From assembly GCA_963422615.1 (NCBI GenBank), contig OY730414.1:2092302-2156301 (forward strand): a stretch of DNA of 64,000 bases. The letters run 5' to 3'. Below, one piece after another: positions 49,620-58,819 of this stretch. How positions within the stretch are numbered: the stretch's first letter is position 1; every line of letters begins with the position of its first letter. The stretch is from Longimicrobiales bacterium. GTDB lineage: Bacteria > Gemmatimonadota > Gemmatimonadetes > Longimicrobiales > Gaopeijiaceae. Under the pieces are notes generated by a model. It had not been told where the DNA came from, did no database searches, and was given only the letters and a program-made list of their open reading frames with translations. A program made the position numbers and the translations under genes.

Positions 49620-50138
49620 CAAGTGTTCTAGCCATTGTCGGTAAGCGGTACCGGATCTTACCCAACGCAAGGGCTCTGGATCTGGCCAGACTGTGTTGTA
49701 AGCGGGCGTTTCCCGATACCGCGCTTGGTCGCTGGAGCGTGTTCAGTATCGAAGCCGCGAAAACCGGTGGCCACTGCTGAATCGAACGCCACACGCGCAG
49801 AGAAGGCGGAGGTCACAGAAGACAGGGAACGAGTCTGGATGCATTTTGAAAGGAGAATCGGAGATCTGGCTCAAAGGTACATACGTGAACACGAAGCAAC
49901 CGGATACGCGTTGATGAACACGATTACGGACATCGCAACCCGCCCAAATCGTCTGAACAATGGTAGCAGATACAAATTTCTTCGGCGGGAGTGGCACACG
50001 CTACAGAGCCCGGCGGGCAATTGGCTGAGAAACTTCAGCCACTTGGTGAAGACCGACGGAAACAATGGCAAGAACGTCTTCGAGAAGTACCTCGAAGATC
50101 CACACGCCGGGAGGCTTCGACGAACCCATGATGGGTAG
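49620..50138 (+). pseudogene. DUF932/DUF945-like remnant, internally deleted
   Basis: One frame gives VLAIVGKRYRILPNARALDLARLCCKRAFPDT...WSVFSIEA.KTGGHC*; another gives TGYALMNTITDIATRP...RREWHTLQSPAGNWL. The middle of the protein appears to be missing. Family call is from recalled motifs. Confidence 0.6.
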
Positions 50139-51828
50139 CCGGAAGCCGACCGTTCTGATCATTTGCGACGGGTGGGGTGTCGGGGCGTCGGATCCTGCGG
50201 AAGTCGAGCGCCAGGGGAACGCCGTTGCCATGGCCCACACACCTGTGCGAGACCGCCTCATCGCCGAATATCCCTGGTGCCTCCTTGCGACCGCCGGAGA
50301 AGCGGTGGGACTTCCGCCGGGTCAGATGGGGAACTCGGAGGTCGGTCACCTGAACCTGGGAGCCGGGCGAATCGTTCTCCAAGACGTCTCCCGCATCTCC
50401 ATGGCGATCCGGGACGGGACCTTCTTCCGGACTCCGGCCCTGACGGAACTGGCGGCGATCCTGCGCGGCTCCGGCGGCGCCCTCCATTTGGTGGGCCTCT
50501 GTTCCGACGGCGGCGTACACAGCCACATCGGCCACCTTCGGGCCCTCTTGCAGTGGGCGGATGGGGCCCGACTTCCGGTGCGGATCCACTGTATCACCGA
50601 CGGGCGGGACACGTCCCCCACCTCTGGTGTTCGGTGGATCACCGAGGTGGAGGCCTGGGCAAAGGAATGTCGGGATGCGCGCATCGTCAGCGTGTCGGGC
50701 CGGTATTTCGCCATGGATCGGGACAAGAGGTGGTCCCGTACGGAGTCGGCGTACCGGGCGATCGCGGAGGGGGCGGGACCGGAATCGGGGGTGACCTCGG
50801 TGGCCGGACGGGCGTCCACCTTCGTCGAGCGTTGCTACCAGCAAGGCACGACGGATGAGTTTCTTCCCCCCGCCGTGATTTCCGGGTTCGGGTCCGCCGG
50901 CTCCCGGGCCGGGGACAGGGGCGTCCGCCCTCCGACGGGAATCGGAGCCGGGGACGGCATCCTCTTCTTCAACTTCCGGGCTGACCGAGCCCGCCAGCTC
51001 ACGGAAGCCCTCGTCGCAAAAACCTTTCTCCCTTTCGGCCGGTCTCTAGGACCGCTCGGCCCCTTCGTGGCCATGACCCGCTACGAAGACGACTTTCCTC
51101 ACCCGGTGCTCTTCCCCTCCCAGGTCCCGACGCGCACGCTGGGCGAGGTGCTGTCCCGGGCCGGCCGGACCCAGCTCCGGATGGCGGAGACGGAGAAGTA
51201 CCCCCACGTCACCTACTTCTTCAACGGGGGTGTCGAGGAGCCCTTCCCGGGAGAGAGACGCCACCTGATTCCCTCCCCCCGGGTAGCGACCTACGACATG
51301 AAGCCCGAGATGAGCGCACTGGAGCTGACGGAGGCCCTCCTGTCCCGTCTGGAGGAAGGGCGCCACGACTTCGTCCTCGTCAACTACGCGAACGCGGACA
51401 TGGTGGGTCACACGGGGAGCATCCCGGCGACAATCGCCGCCGTGGAGACAGTGGACGCCTGCGTGGGCAGGGTGCTGGAGCGCATCTTCGAGGGGGGGGG
51501 AACCGCCCTGGTTACCGCCGATCACGGAAATGCCGAGAAAATGCTGGACGACAACGGCCGACCGTTCACGGCCCACACCTCCTTTCCCGTGCGGCTGTTT
51601 CACGTCTCCTCCGGCCCCACCCAGGTCCGGCTCCGGGACGGAATCCTCGCGGACGTGGCCCCTACGATCCTGGACCTCATGGACCTCCGGACACCCCCGG
51701 AAATGACGGGACGCAGCCTGGTGTCCCGGCCCTCCCCGCCTTGCCGGCCCGGGGCTCCCCGTGATACCGTGGGCGGTTGCGCCGAAATGGAACCGGACGC
51801 CCGGCCAACAAAACGGAACCGCCATTGA
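50128..51828 (+). CDS. gpmI: 2,3-bisphosphoglycerate-independent phosphoglycerate mutase
   Basis: DGWG, MGNSEVGH, DGGVHSH, GRYFAMDRD, NFRADRA, AETEKY, DMVGHTG, ADHGN. Confidence 0.97.
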   Translation: MMGSRKPTVLIICDGWGVGASDPAEVERQGNAVAMAHTPVRDRLIAEYPWCLLATAGEAVGLPPGQMGNSEVGHLNLGAGRIVLQDVSRISMAIRDGTFFRTPALTELAAILRGSGGALHLVGLCSDGGVHSHIGHLRALLQWADGARLPVRIHCITDGRDTSPTSGVRWITEVEAWAKECRDARIVSVSGRYFAMDRDKRWSRTESAYRAIAEGAGPESGVTSVAGRASTFVERCYQQGTTDEFLPPAVISGFGSAGSRAGDRGVRPPTGIGAGDGILFFNFRADRARQLTEALVAKTFLPFGRSLGPLGPFVAMTRYEDDFPHPVLFPSQVPTRTLGEVLSRAGRTQLRMAETEKYPHVTYFFNGGVEEPFPGERRHLIPSPRVATYDMKPEMSALELTEALLSRLEEGRHDFVLVNYANADMVGHTGSIPATIAAVETVDACVGRVLERIFEGGGTALVTADHGNAEKMLDDNGRPFTAHTSFPVRLFHVSSGPTQVRLRDGILADVAPTILDLMDLRTPPEMTGRSLVSRPSPPCRPGAPRDTVGGCAEMEPDARPTKRNRH

Positions 51829-52499
51829 TTTCTGACAATCCGTACACCCGCATCACCGACCGCATCACCGACCGTCTGGGACGTCTCATCTCGTGGTTGG
51901 CCCTGGTCATGGTGTTGATCGGCGCGTACAACGCCCTCGCCCGGTACCTGGGGCGCTTCACCGGTACCCATCTGAGCTCCAACCTGTACCTGGAACTTCA
52001 ATGGTACCTCTTCTCCCTCCTCTTCCTACTGGGAGCCGGGTACGCGCTGAAGGAAGACGCCCATGTCCGGGTTGACGTGGTCTACGGCCGGTTGAGGCGG
52101 AGGGCGCGGGCGCGAATCAACGTGATCGGTTCGGCCTTCATGCTGATCCCCTTCTGCATCTTTGTCCTCTGGGTGTCGTGGCCCTCGATCCGAAACTCCT
52201 GGGCCATCCGGGAGGTCTCTCCCGACCCGGGAGGGCTCCCTCGCTATCCGATGAAGGCCGTCATTCTGGCCTGCTTCGTCTTGTTGCTGGCGCAGGGCGT
52301 GGCCGAATTGACCCGGGACGCCGGGGTTCTCCGTAGGCGCAGCGGCCTGGGCGGGGGCGACGGGGGCCAAGGAACGGACGGTCAAGCGGGAAGACGGGCG
52401 GACGACCCGGGAGACGGAAGTCCCGGGGGCAACGGGGGCCAGGACGGGCCGACCGTCGCGCACGCCGAAACCCCACACACCGAAGAAGTCGACGGGTAA
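51825..52499 (+). CDS. dctQ: TRAP transporter small permease
   Basis: ELQWYLF, HVRVDV, SPDPGGL; 4 TM segments; TTGA overlap with gpmI. Confidence 0.9.
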   Translation: MISDNPYTRITDRITDRLGRLISWLALVMVLIGAYNALARYLGRFTGTHLSSNLYLELQWYLFSLLFLLGAGYALKEDAHVRVDVVYGRLRRRARARINVIGSAFMLIPFCIFVLWVSWPSIRNSWAIREVSPDPGGLPRYPMKAVILACFVLLLAQGVAELTRDAGVLRRRSGLGGGDGGQGTDGQAGRRADDPGDGSPGGNGGQDGPTVAHAETPHTEEVDG

Positions 52500-53855
52500 A
52501 TGGAAGCCTCCATCCTCGCTCCGCTGATGTTCGTCGTGGTTTTCCTGATCATCTTCATCGGATATCCCGTTGCCTTCGCCCTGGGCGGGGCCTCTCTCCT
52601 TTTCGCCTTCATCGGCGTCCAGTTCGGCTTCTTCGACTGGAACCTTCTCTATGCCATGCCGGAGCGGATCTTCGGGGTGATGTCGAACTACACCCTGCTC
52701 GCCGTTCCGTTCTTCATCTTCATGGGCCTGGTGTTGGAGAAGGCAAAGTTGGCCGAGGACCTGCTGACCACCATCGGCACCCTCTTCGGGAAGCTTCGCG
52801 GGGGCTTGGCCCTGGGCGTGGTGTTGGTGGGCGCGATGCTTGCCGCCGCCACAGGCGTCGTCGGAGCCTCGGTCGTGGCCATGGGCAGCATCTCCCTGCC
52901 CGTCATGCTCCGATACAACTACTCGAAACAGCTGTCCTCGGGGGTCATTCTGGCGTCGGGCACCCTGGGGCAGATCATCCCCCCGAGCATTGTCTTGGTC
53001 GTCCTGGCCGACCAGCTGGGGATCTCCGTTGGCGACCTCTTCGTCGGCGGCTTGGTGCCCGGCCTCATGCTGGCGGGCATGTACGCCCTGTACGTGGCTT
53101 CGGTGGCCACCGTGAAGCCCGAGGCGGCGCCCGCACTCCCCAGGGCAATGACGGACATCCCCCTGACCGTCCTCCTCCGCCAGGTCTTTCTGGTGCTCCT
53201 GCCTCCCCTTCTCCTCATCCTGATCGTCTTGGGGTCGATTTTCGCCGGAGCGGCAACGCCCACAGAGGCCGGGGCCATCGGCTCCGTCGGTGCCCTCGCC
53301 CTTGCCGGTGTCCGGGGCCGTCTCTCCATGAACGTGGTTCGGGAAACGTGCATCGCCACCACCAAGCTCACGACCATGGTCATGTTCCTGCTGATCGGGT
53401 CGACGGCCTTCGCCTTGGTCTTTCGGGGGCTCTACGGGGACATCTGGATCGAAACCCTGCTCACGAACCTCCCTGGGGGCCGGATCGGCCTTCTCCTGGT
53501 GGCCAACCTGGTGATCTTCGTCCTCGGGTTTTTCCTGGACTTCTTCGAAATCGCCTTCATCATCATCCCCTTGCTGGCCCCGGCGGCTTCCCTATTGGGC
53601 ATTGACCTGGTGTGGTTCGGGGTCATGATCGGAATGAACCTCCAGACTTCGTTCCTGACGCCCCCTTTCGGCTTCGCCCTCTTCTACCTGCGAGGCGTGG
53701 CTCCCCCTTCGGTGAAGACGACGGACCTCTATCGGGCCGTCATCCCCTTCATCGCCATTCAGATCATCGGGCTGCTCCTGATCGTCCAGTGGCCGGAGCT
53801 GGTGACCGGGCTGGTGGAGCTGATGAACTCCCAGCCCACTCCCGGGCAGCCGTAG
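52500..53855 (+). CDS. dctM: TRAP transporter large permease
   Basis: GYPVAF, LLAVPFFIFMG, GTLGQIIPPS, TPTEAGA, LTPPFG. Confidence 0.95.
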   Translation: MEASILAPLMFVVVFLIIFIGYPVAFALGGASLLFAFIGVQFGFFDWNLLYAMPERIFGVMSNYTLLAVPFFIFMGLVLEKAKLAEDLLTTIGTLFGKLRGGLALGVVLVGAMLAAATGVVGASVVAMGSISLPVMLRYNYSKQLSSGVILASGTLGQIIPPSIVLVVLADQLGISVGDLFVGGLVPGLMLAGMYALYVASVATVKPEAAPALPRAMTDIPLTVLLRQVFLVLLPPLLLILIVLGSIFAGAATPTEAGAIGSVGALALAGVRGRLSMNVVRETCIATTKLTTMVMFLLIGSTAFALVFRGLYGDIWIETLLTNLPGGRIGLLLVANLVIFVLGFFLDFFEIAFIIIPLLAPAASLLGIDLVWFGVMIGMNLQTSFLTPPFGFALFYLRGVAPPSVKTTDLYRAVIPFIAIQIIGLLLIVQWPELVTGLVELMNSQPTPGQP

Positions 53856-53994
53856 CTGCGGGTACCCGCACCGGGACTGGATTCAAAGCAGACAGGAACC
53901 GTCCCACTCCCGGGAGCGGGACACCTCAGCCCCTCGCCCGCGCAGCCATCCAAGGGTAAGGACCGGCCGTCCCCGGTCCCGCCGAACCCGACCC

Positions 53995-55188
53995 TTACCC
54001 GCTCCGGCCCGGGTTTCCGCCGAATGCGAAGTTGGCATACCGCAGTTCGCTCGTGCCGAACCAACGGTGGGAGGCGTCCCGGAAGCCCCGCCAGTGGTCG
54101 TAGACTTCCCTGTACTGCGGGTTCTCGTCCGCATAGTCGTTGAGGATTTCCTCAATGGTCGTACGCGCCAGTGCCATGATCTCATCGGAGAAGGATCGGA
54201 GCTCGACCCCCGCCGCTAGAAGACGACCCAGGGCCGCCGGATTCTTGGCGTCGTACGTGTAGAGCATCCTGCGGGCCGACGCCTGGGCGGCCACTTCGAA
54301 GACGGCCTGGTAGTCCGTGGGCAGGGCGTCCCACGCGGCCCGGTTGACCTGATACGACATCGACGCACAAGGCTCCCACCAGCCCGGGTAGTAGTAATAG
54401 CGAGCAGCCTGATGAAGACCGAGCTTTTCGTCGTCGTAGGGGCCCACCCACTCGGTGGCGTCAATGGCACCCCGTTCCAAGGCCGGGTAGATCTCTCCCC
54501 CCGCCAGAACCTGCACGGTGACCCCCATCCGGTCCATCACGTCCCCGCCCAGCCCGGGGATCCGCATCCTGAGGCCGCGAAGATCCTCTGGAGAATTCAC
54601 CTCTCTGCGGAACCATCCGCCCATCTGGCCACCCGTGTTTCCGGCGGGAAAGCTGATGATCCCGAAGTCCGCAAACACGCCCCGGATGACCTCTCCGCCC
54701 CCCCCTTCGTTCAACCAGGCATCCTGCTGGCGCGCCGTCATTCCGAAGGGCACACCGGCATCGAAGGCCAGGGCCTGGTTCTTCCCCGTGTAGTAGTAGC
54801 TCGTGCTCTGGCCGACCTGCACCGTGCCCTGCTGCACCGCGTCCATGACCTGAAGCCCGGGAACCAGTTCACCTGCCGGATACGGACGAATCTGGAAACG
54901 GCCTCCGGTGAGGGACGCCGTGACTTCACCCAGCATCTCGGCAGACCCCCAGATCGTGTCCAGGCCTCGGGGAAAGCTAGACGCCAGCCTCCACATCACC
55001 CGGGGGCGGGTCTGCACGGCGGGCGCACCCACCCCGTCTTCCCGCTCCCCGCAAGCCGCGGCGAGCCCGGCGGCCCCCACCACGCCGGCGGCGGCGCGGC
55101 CCAGGAACCCGCGCCGACCGACGGAACCGTCCTCCTGACTCGGGATTTCCGTGACCGGTTCCGTCTCCGCTTTCTTCTTCTCGCTCAT
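53995..55188 (-). CDS. dctP: TRAP substrate-binding protein (TakP-type), Tat lipoprotein
   Basis: RRGFL twin-arginine signal, AAAC, GNTGGQMGGWF, MRIPGLG, EWVGPYDD, YPGWWE. Confidence 0.92.
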   Translation of the reverse strand: MSEKKKAETEPVTEIPSQEDGSVGRRGFLGRAAAGVVGAAGLAAACGEREDGVGAPAVQTRPRVMWRLASSFPRGLDTIWGSAEMLGEVTASLTGGRFQIRPYPAGELVPGLQVMDAVQQGTVQVGQSTSYYYTGKNQALAFDAGVPFGMTARQQDAWLNEGGGGEVIRGVFADFGIISFPAGNTGGQMGGWFRREVNSPEDLRGLRMRIPGLGGDVMDRMGVTVQVLAGGEIYPALERGAIDATEWVGPYDDEKLGLHQAARYYYYPGWWEPCASMSYQVNRAAWDALPTDYQAVFEVAAQASARRMLYTYDAKNPAALGRLLAAGVELRSFSDEIMALARTTIEEILNDYADENPQYREVYDHWRGFRDASHRWFGTSELRYANFAFGGNPGRSG

Positions 55189-55437
55189 GGGGGCCTCCCT
55201 GGGGGGTTCCTTAAGGGTCGGCAGACCCCTCCCTGGGCCCACCGGTCACCGTGAAGGTAGCACCTGGGCGAGGAGATCGGCGAGTCAGTCCCGCTCCGCC
55301 GGCCCCCCGCCCAGTTCCCTTCGTACTTCCGCCTTGGCCCCCCCGGGGGCTTCTGCCTTAGTCCCCGACGAGCCCCTCAAGGTTGCGTCCTCAGGGACTT
55401 GGGGGCCAAGACACACCCCAAGCGCCCCCTTTTCCCT

Positions 55438-58239
55438 CTAGCGCTGCCAGGCGGATGCGTCTGGAATGCCCCGGCTGACCTGGATCTCGAGGTTCGGGTC
55501 CTGCAGCATGGCGGCCAGGCCGGACCCGGCCTGAGCGGCGGTGGTCGACCAGTCTCGGAAAATGCCCCGGACCCGACCGGTGACGGTATTCCGCACAAGG
55601 GCCGCGGTGCGGTCACTGTTTCCGTCGAGAATCGCGGATCCGCCCGGCCCGGCCAGCGTAATGCTTGCCAGAGCACCGGCCCACTCCGGCCGCGCCGGAA
55701 GCCCGAATACGAAGGACGCGCCGCCGTCCCCGTCGACAATTTCGTGCATGTCGAAGTTCACCGAGAAGAGGACGTCCCCCGCCCCATTCCTCCCGGTGAT
55801 CCGATGGGAGCCACCCCCAACGGGAAGCGACGGAGGGGCATTCGTCACGAAGGCCGGCTCGAGAAACGGCTTGTCGTCGGCGTCCGTGCCCCCCCAGAGC
55901 AGCAGCACCCGCTCCGGCGCTTGGGCGGCCAGGGCTCCCGCGTTATTCAGGCGGAACCGGAGCGCGTTGGCAAAGTGGAAGTCGCTGATCCAGTCCGGGG
56001 GACCGCAGTAGCTCATTACATCCGTCATGCTGGGCGAGACGAGGCGGTCTGCCTGGAAGTCGTACCCCCACACGCCGCTGTTGCCTCCCGGGTAGGGGAA
56101 GCCGGAGTCCGTGCCGGCCGGATCGCCGCACGGCGCGTGCAAGAGGCTCAGGTTGTGACCCAGTTCGTGCGCGATCACGTTGGGCTGGAGGCCTGAAACG
56201 CTCAAGTATCCCTCAAGCAATGCCATACCTCCCCCGCCGCGCAAGACGCCCATGTAGTACCCGGTATCGCCTTCCGCCGTCCTGATCAGCTGCAATTCAC
56301 GAAGCAAAGAAAACCCGCTCCAGACAGTCGGTTCATGTGATGTCCACAGGGGCTCCCGGATGGTAAGCTTGAGGTCCCCTACCGGCAGGAGCGTCCAGGT
56401 TGGGTGCAGCATGGGGTCTTCCGGCGTCAGGGCGTTCGTCTGCTTCACGATTGACGAATCCGCCGGTTCATACTGCCAAATAAATGGAACCAGTGTAAAG
56501 TCCAGCACCGGCAGGGTATGGACGTCCAGGGGAGTGCGTCCCGTCTCGGGGATGCGCGATGGGATCCCCAGGGCCGGGTCCAGGGTGCCCCCCGGGTCAA
56601 TCTCCACGACCATTTCCGCTCCGGGAGCGATCACCGACGCCGGAATCTCCACATTGGCCGACGTCGAAAGGTTACCCTCGTCCACATCGGCCGGAATGAA
56701 GGCGGTCCCCTCCGCAATGTCGGCCACATGCTCCCGGCCGCCGGAGTAGAACGTGGCCCGAACGGGGGGAAGACGGACATTTCCGGCGTCCTTTGCCGTC
56801 ACGAACACCCGCAACAGGGCCGGATCCCCCGCGACCAGGGGAACGGGGAAGGCCATCGACTGCACCGCCTGCGTCAGGTATACCGGTACCGGGGAGTCGG
56901 CGCCCGTATCGCAAAGAATGACGCGGCGCTTCGGGATGCCGTCCAGCCATGCCTGAAAGTCTTCGTCCCGGGGAGCACACAGTTTGGTTCCGCCGAGAAT
57001 CAGGGATTTCAAATTGATGCGGGTCAGCTCCTCGGGAAGCGCCCCGGCCATACCCGTGTTGTGGGAAAGGTTCAGGTGCCACAGTTGGCCAAGCTCCCCC
57101 AGCTCCGCCGGAATCTTCCCGGTGAGTTCATTCCCGCTGAAATCCAGTCTTTCCAGTAGGGGGAGCTGGCCCAGCTCGGCCGGGATCTCTCCGGTGAGTT
57201 CGTTGTCGGAAAGATCCAGGTCCCACAGTTCGCCAAGCTCCCCCAGCTCGGCCGGGATCTCTCCGGTGAGTTCGTTGTCGGAAAGATCCAGGTCCCACAG
57301 TTGGCCAAGCTCCCCCAGCTCCGCCGGAATCTCCCCGGTCAGGGAGTTGTCGTCGAGATCCAGATACTTCAGGTTGGAAATCTCCCCCAACTTCGCCGGA
57401 ATCTCCCCGGTCAAGTTGTTTCCTGATAGACTCAGACCCACCACGCCGTCGTCGACCGTGACCCCGTACCAGAATCCCAGGGGTTCGTCCGTTTTCCAAT
57501 TTTCGTTGACTTTCCAGGATTCCCCCCCCGTGGCATCGAAAAACGCGATTAGCGCGTCCCGATCCTCCTCATTGCCGCCGCCCGTCGCGATCGCCTCGAT
57601 CTTGACCGATATGTTGGCCGCCGTGACCGTGAGGGTTTGGGACCCCGTTTCCTCCCCCAGCGTCCAGGCTGTCTGCGCCATCCCGACGGAGTCGCTTTCG
57701 GTCGTAGCGGGATTCGCCTGCCCGTGGCCTTCCCCCACCGTGAACGCTATTGTTGCTCCCTCTACCGAGGACCCACCGGTATCAATCACCCGCACGACAA
57801 TGGCTTCCGGCAGGGTAGTCCCCCGCCCGGCTCGCTGCCCGTCGCCGGAAACGGCCAGCAAGACACCCGGCTCCTGGGCAACCGTGACCGTCGCCGTCGC
57901 GGTCAAGTTTTCGAAGGTAGCCATGACGGACCCGGACCCGTTCGCCACCGCCGTCACCACGCCGTCGGGCCCGACGGTGAAGACATCGGGCTGGCTGCTG
58001 GACCAGCTCACCTTTCCGCTGTACGCCGCCCCATTCTGATCCTTGACAGCTGCGGTGAAGGACGTCGTTTGGCCCAGGAACGTGAGTTTCGCCGACTCCG
58101 GCGCAATCGTGAGGGTCGCCGCGCGGGGTGGGGCGGTGGGATCGTCCCTACAGGCGGCCAACGTCGTGAGGGCGATCAGCCCCGCCACTCGCCAGAAATG
58201 GAGGATTTCCGTTTTCGGAAGACCGGAAAGACATACCAT
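55438..58239 (-). CDS. Surface lipoprotein: Ig-like domains + plant-type LRR + zincin (M66-like) metallopeptidase
   Basis: LAAC lipobox; Big_2 (WSSS...V..DGVVTAV..G) and Big_1-like domains; LRR N-cap; six 24-aa LxLxxNxLTGEIPAELGxL repeats; HELGHNLSLLH...DVMSY. Confidence 0.88.
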   Translation of the reverse strand: MVCLSGLPKTEILHFWRVAGLIALTTLAACRDDPTAPPRAATLTIAPESAKLTFLGQTTSFTAAVKDQNGAAYSGKVSWSSSQPDVFTVGPDGVVTAVANGSGSVMATFENLTATATVTVAQEPGVLLAVSGDGQRAGRGTTLPEAIVVRVIDTGGSSVEGATIAFTVGEGHGQANPATTESDSVGMAQTAWTLGEETGSQTLTVTAANISVKIEAIATGGGNEEDRDALIAFFDATGGESWKVNENWKTDEPLGFWYGVTVDDGVVGLSLSGNNLTGEIPAKLGEISNLKYLDLDDNSLTGEIPAELGELGQLWDLDLSDNELTGEIPAELGELGELWDLDLSDNELTGEIPAELGQLPLLERLDFSGNELTGKIPAELGELGQLWHLNLSHNTGMAGALPEELTRINLKSLILGGTKLCAPRDEDFQAWLDGIPKRRVILCDTGADSPVPVYLTQAVQSMAFPVPLVAGDPALLRVFVTAKDAGNVRLPPVRATFYSGGREHVADIAEGTAFIPADVDEGNLSTSANVEIPASVIAPGAEMVVEIDPGGTLDPALGIPSRIPETGRTPLDVHTLPVLDFTLVPFIWQYEPADSSIVKQTNALTPEDPMLHPTWTLLPVGDLKLTIREPLWTSHEPTVWSGFSLLRELQLIRTAEGDTGYYMGVLRGGGGMALLEGYLSVSGLQPNVIAHELGHNLSLLHAPCGDPAGTDSGFPYPGGNSGVWGYDFQADRLVSPSMTDVMSYCGPPDWISDFHFANALRFRLNNAGALAAQAPERVLLLWGGTDADDKPFLEPAFVTNAPPSLPVGGGSHRITGRNGAGDVLFSVNFDMHEIVDGDGGASFVFGLPARPEWAGALASITLAGPGGSAILDGNSDRTAALVRNTVTGRVRGIFRDWSTTAAQAGSGLAAMLQDPNLEIQVSRGIPDASAWQR
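57171..57314 (-). repeat. Two near-identical 72-nt LRR-coding units in a longer degenerate array (about 57010-57440)
   Basis: Units at 57171-57242 and 57243-57314 differ at one base by my reading. Confidence 0.9.
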
Positions 58240-58510
58240 GACAGGATTCTTCCTTGTGTTTGTCGCGGCTCGGGAGACCGACGGTCTGGCCCTCGGGCCC
58301 CGGCACCCGCTACGCGGTAGGTTACACTCCCGGGGAAGCGGGCGTTCCCGGAGCTACCCCCCTCGGATCACGCCCGGTTCCCCGGGTGGCGGATCCGGGC
58401 TCGGAGTTGTGATCCGGCCCTCGGGGGGACAGCAACGTGGGCTTCTGGCGCCCGACAGCGTCAAGCTCATCGAATTCGCGAAATTGATGATGCGGATGGG
58501 TGGAACGCCT

Positions 58511-58742
58511 CTAGCGCAGCCAGGCGGATGCGTCCGGGATGCCCGGGCTGATTTGACCTCGAGGGTCGGATCCCGCAAGGGAGGCGGCGAACCCGGATTC
58601 GGTTCGGGCCGCCGAGGTCGGCCAGTTCCGCAGGATGCCCCGCACCCGGCCCGTGGCCGAATCCCGAAGAAGGGCCGCGGTGCGGTCGCTGTTTGTCAAG
58701 GACCACGGAGCCGCCCGACCCGGCCAGGGTGATGCTCGCCAA
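58511..58742 (-). pseudogene. 3' remnant of a paralog of the LRR-metallopeptidase gene
   Basis: LASITLAGSGGSVVLD / NSDRTAALLRDSATGRVRGILRNW...GIPDASAWLR* aligns to the C-terminus encoded at 55438-55670, with frameshifts. Confidence 0.9.
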
Positions 58743-58819
58743 GGTTGAGCGTCTTCGCTCGGGGGCCCGTCGAGGTCTCCGGCCAGGAGGCGGGTGTGAG
58801 TGCGCGTGCCCTACCCGGG

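Noticed and set aside
46947..49631. 894-aa plus-strand ORF
   Set aside because: Off-frame over pyrC and antisense to the EEP gene; Arg/Pro/Gly-rich composition typical of spurious frames.
51848..51873. 12-nt tandem repeat (TRITDRITDR)
   Set aside because: Short in-frame slippage duplication with no evident function. A similar 12-mer pair lies at about 30607-30630.
57010..57440. Regular repeats as a possible CRISPR array
   Set aside because: 72-nt in-frame coding LRR units with no unique spacers and no cas genes.
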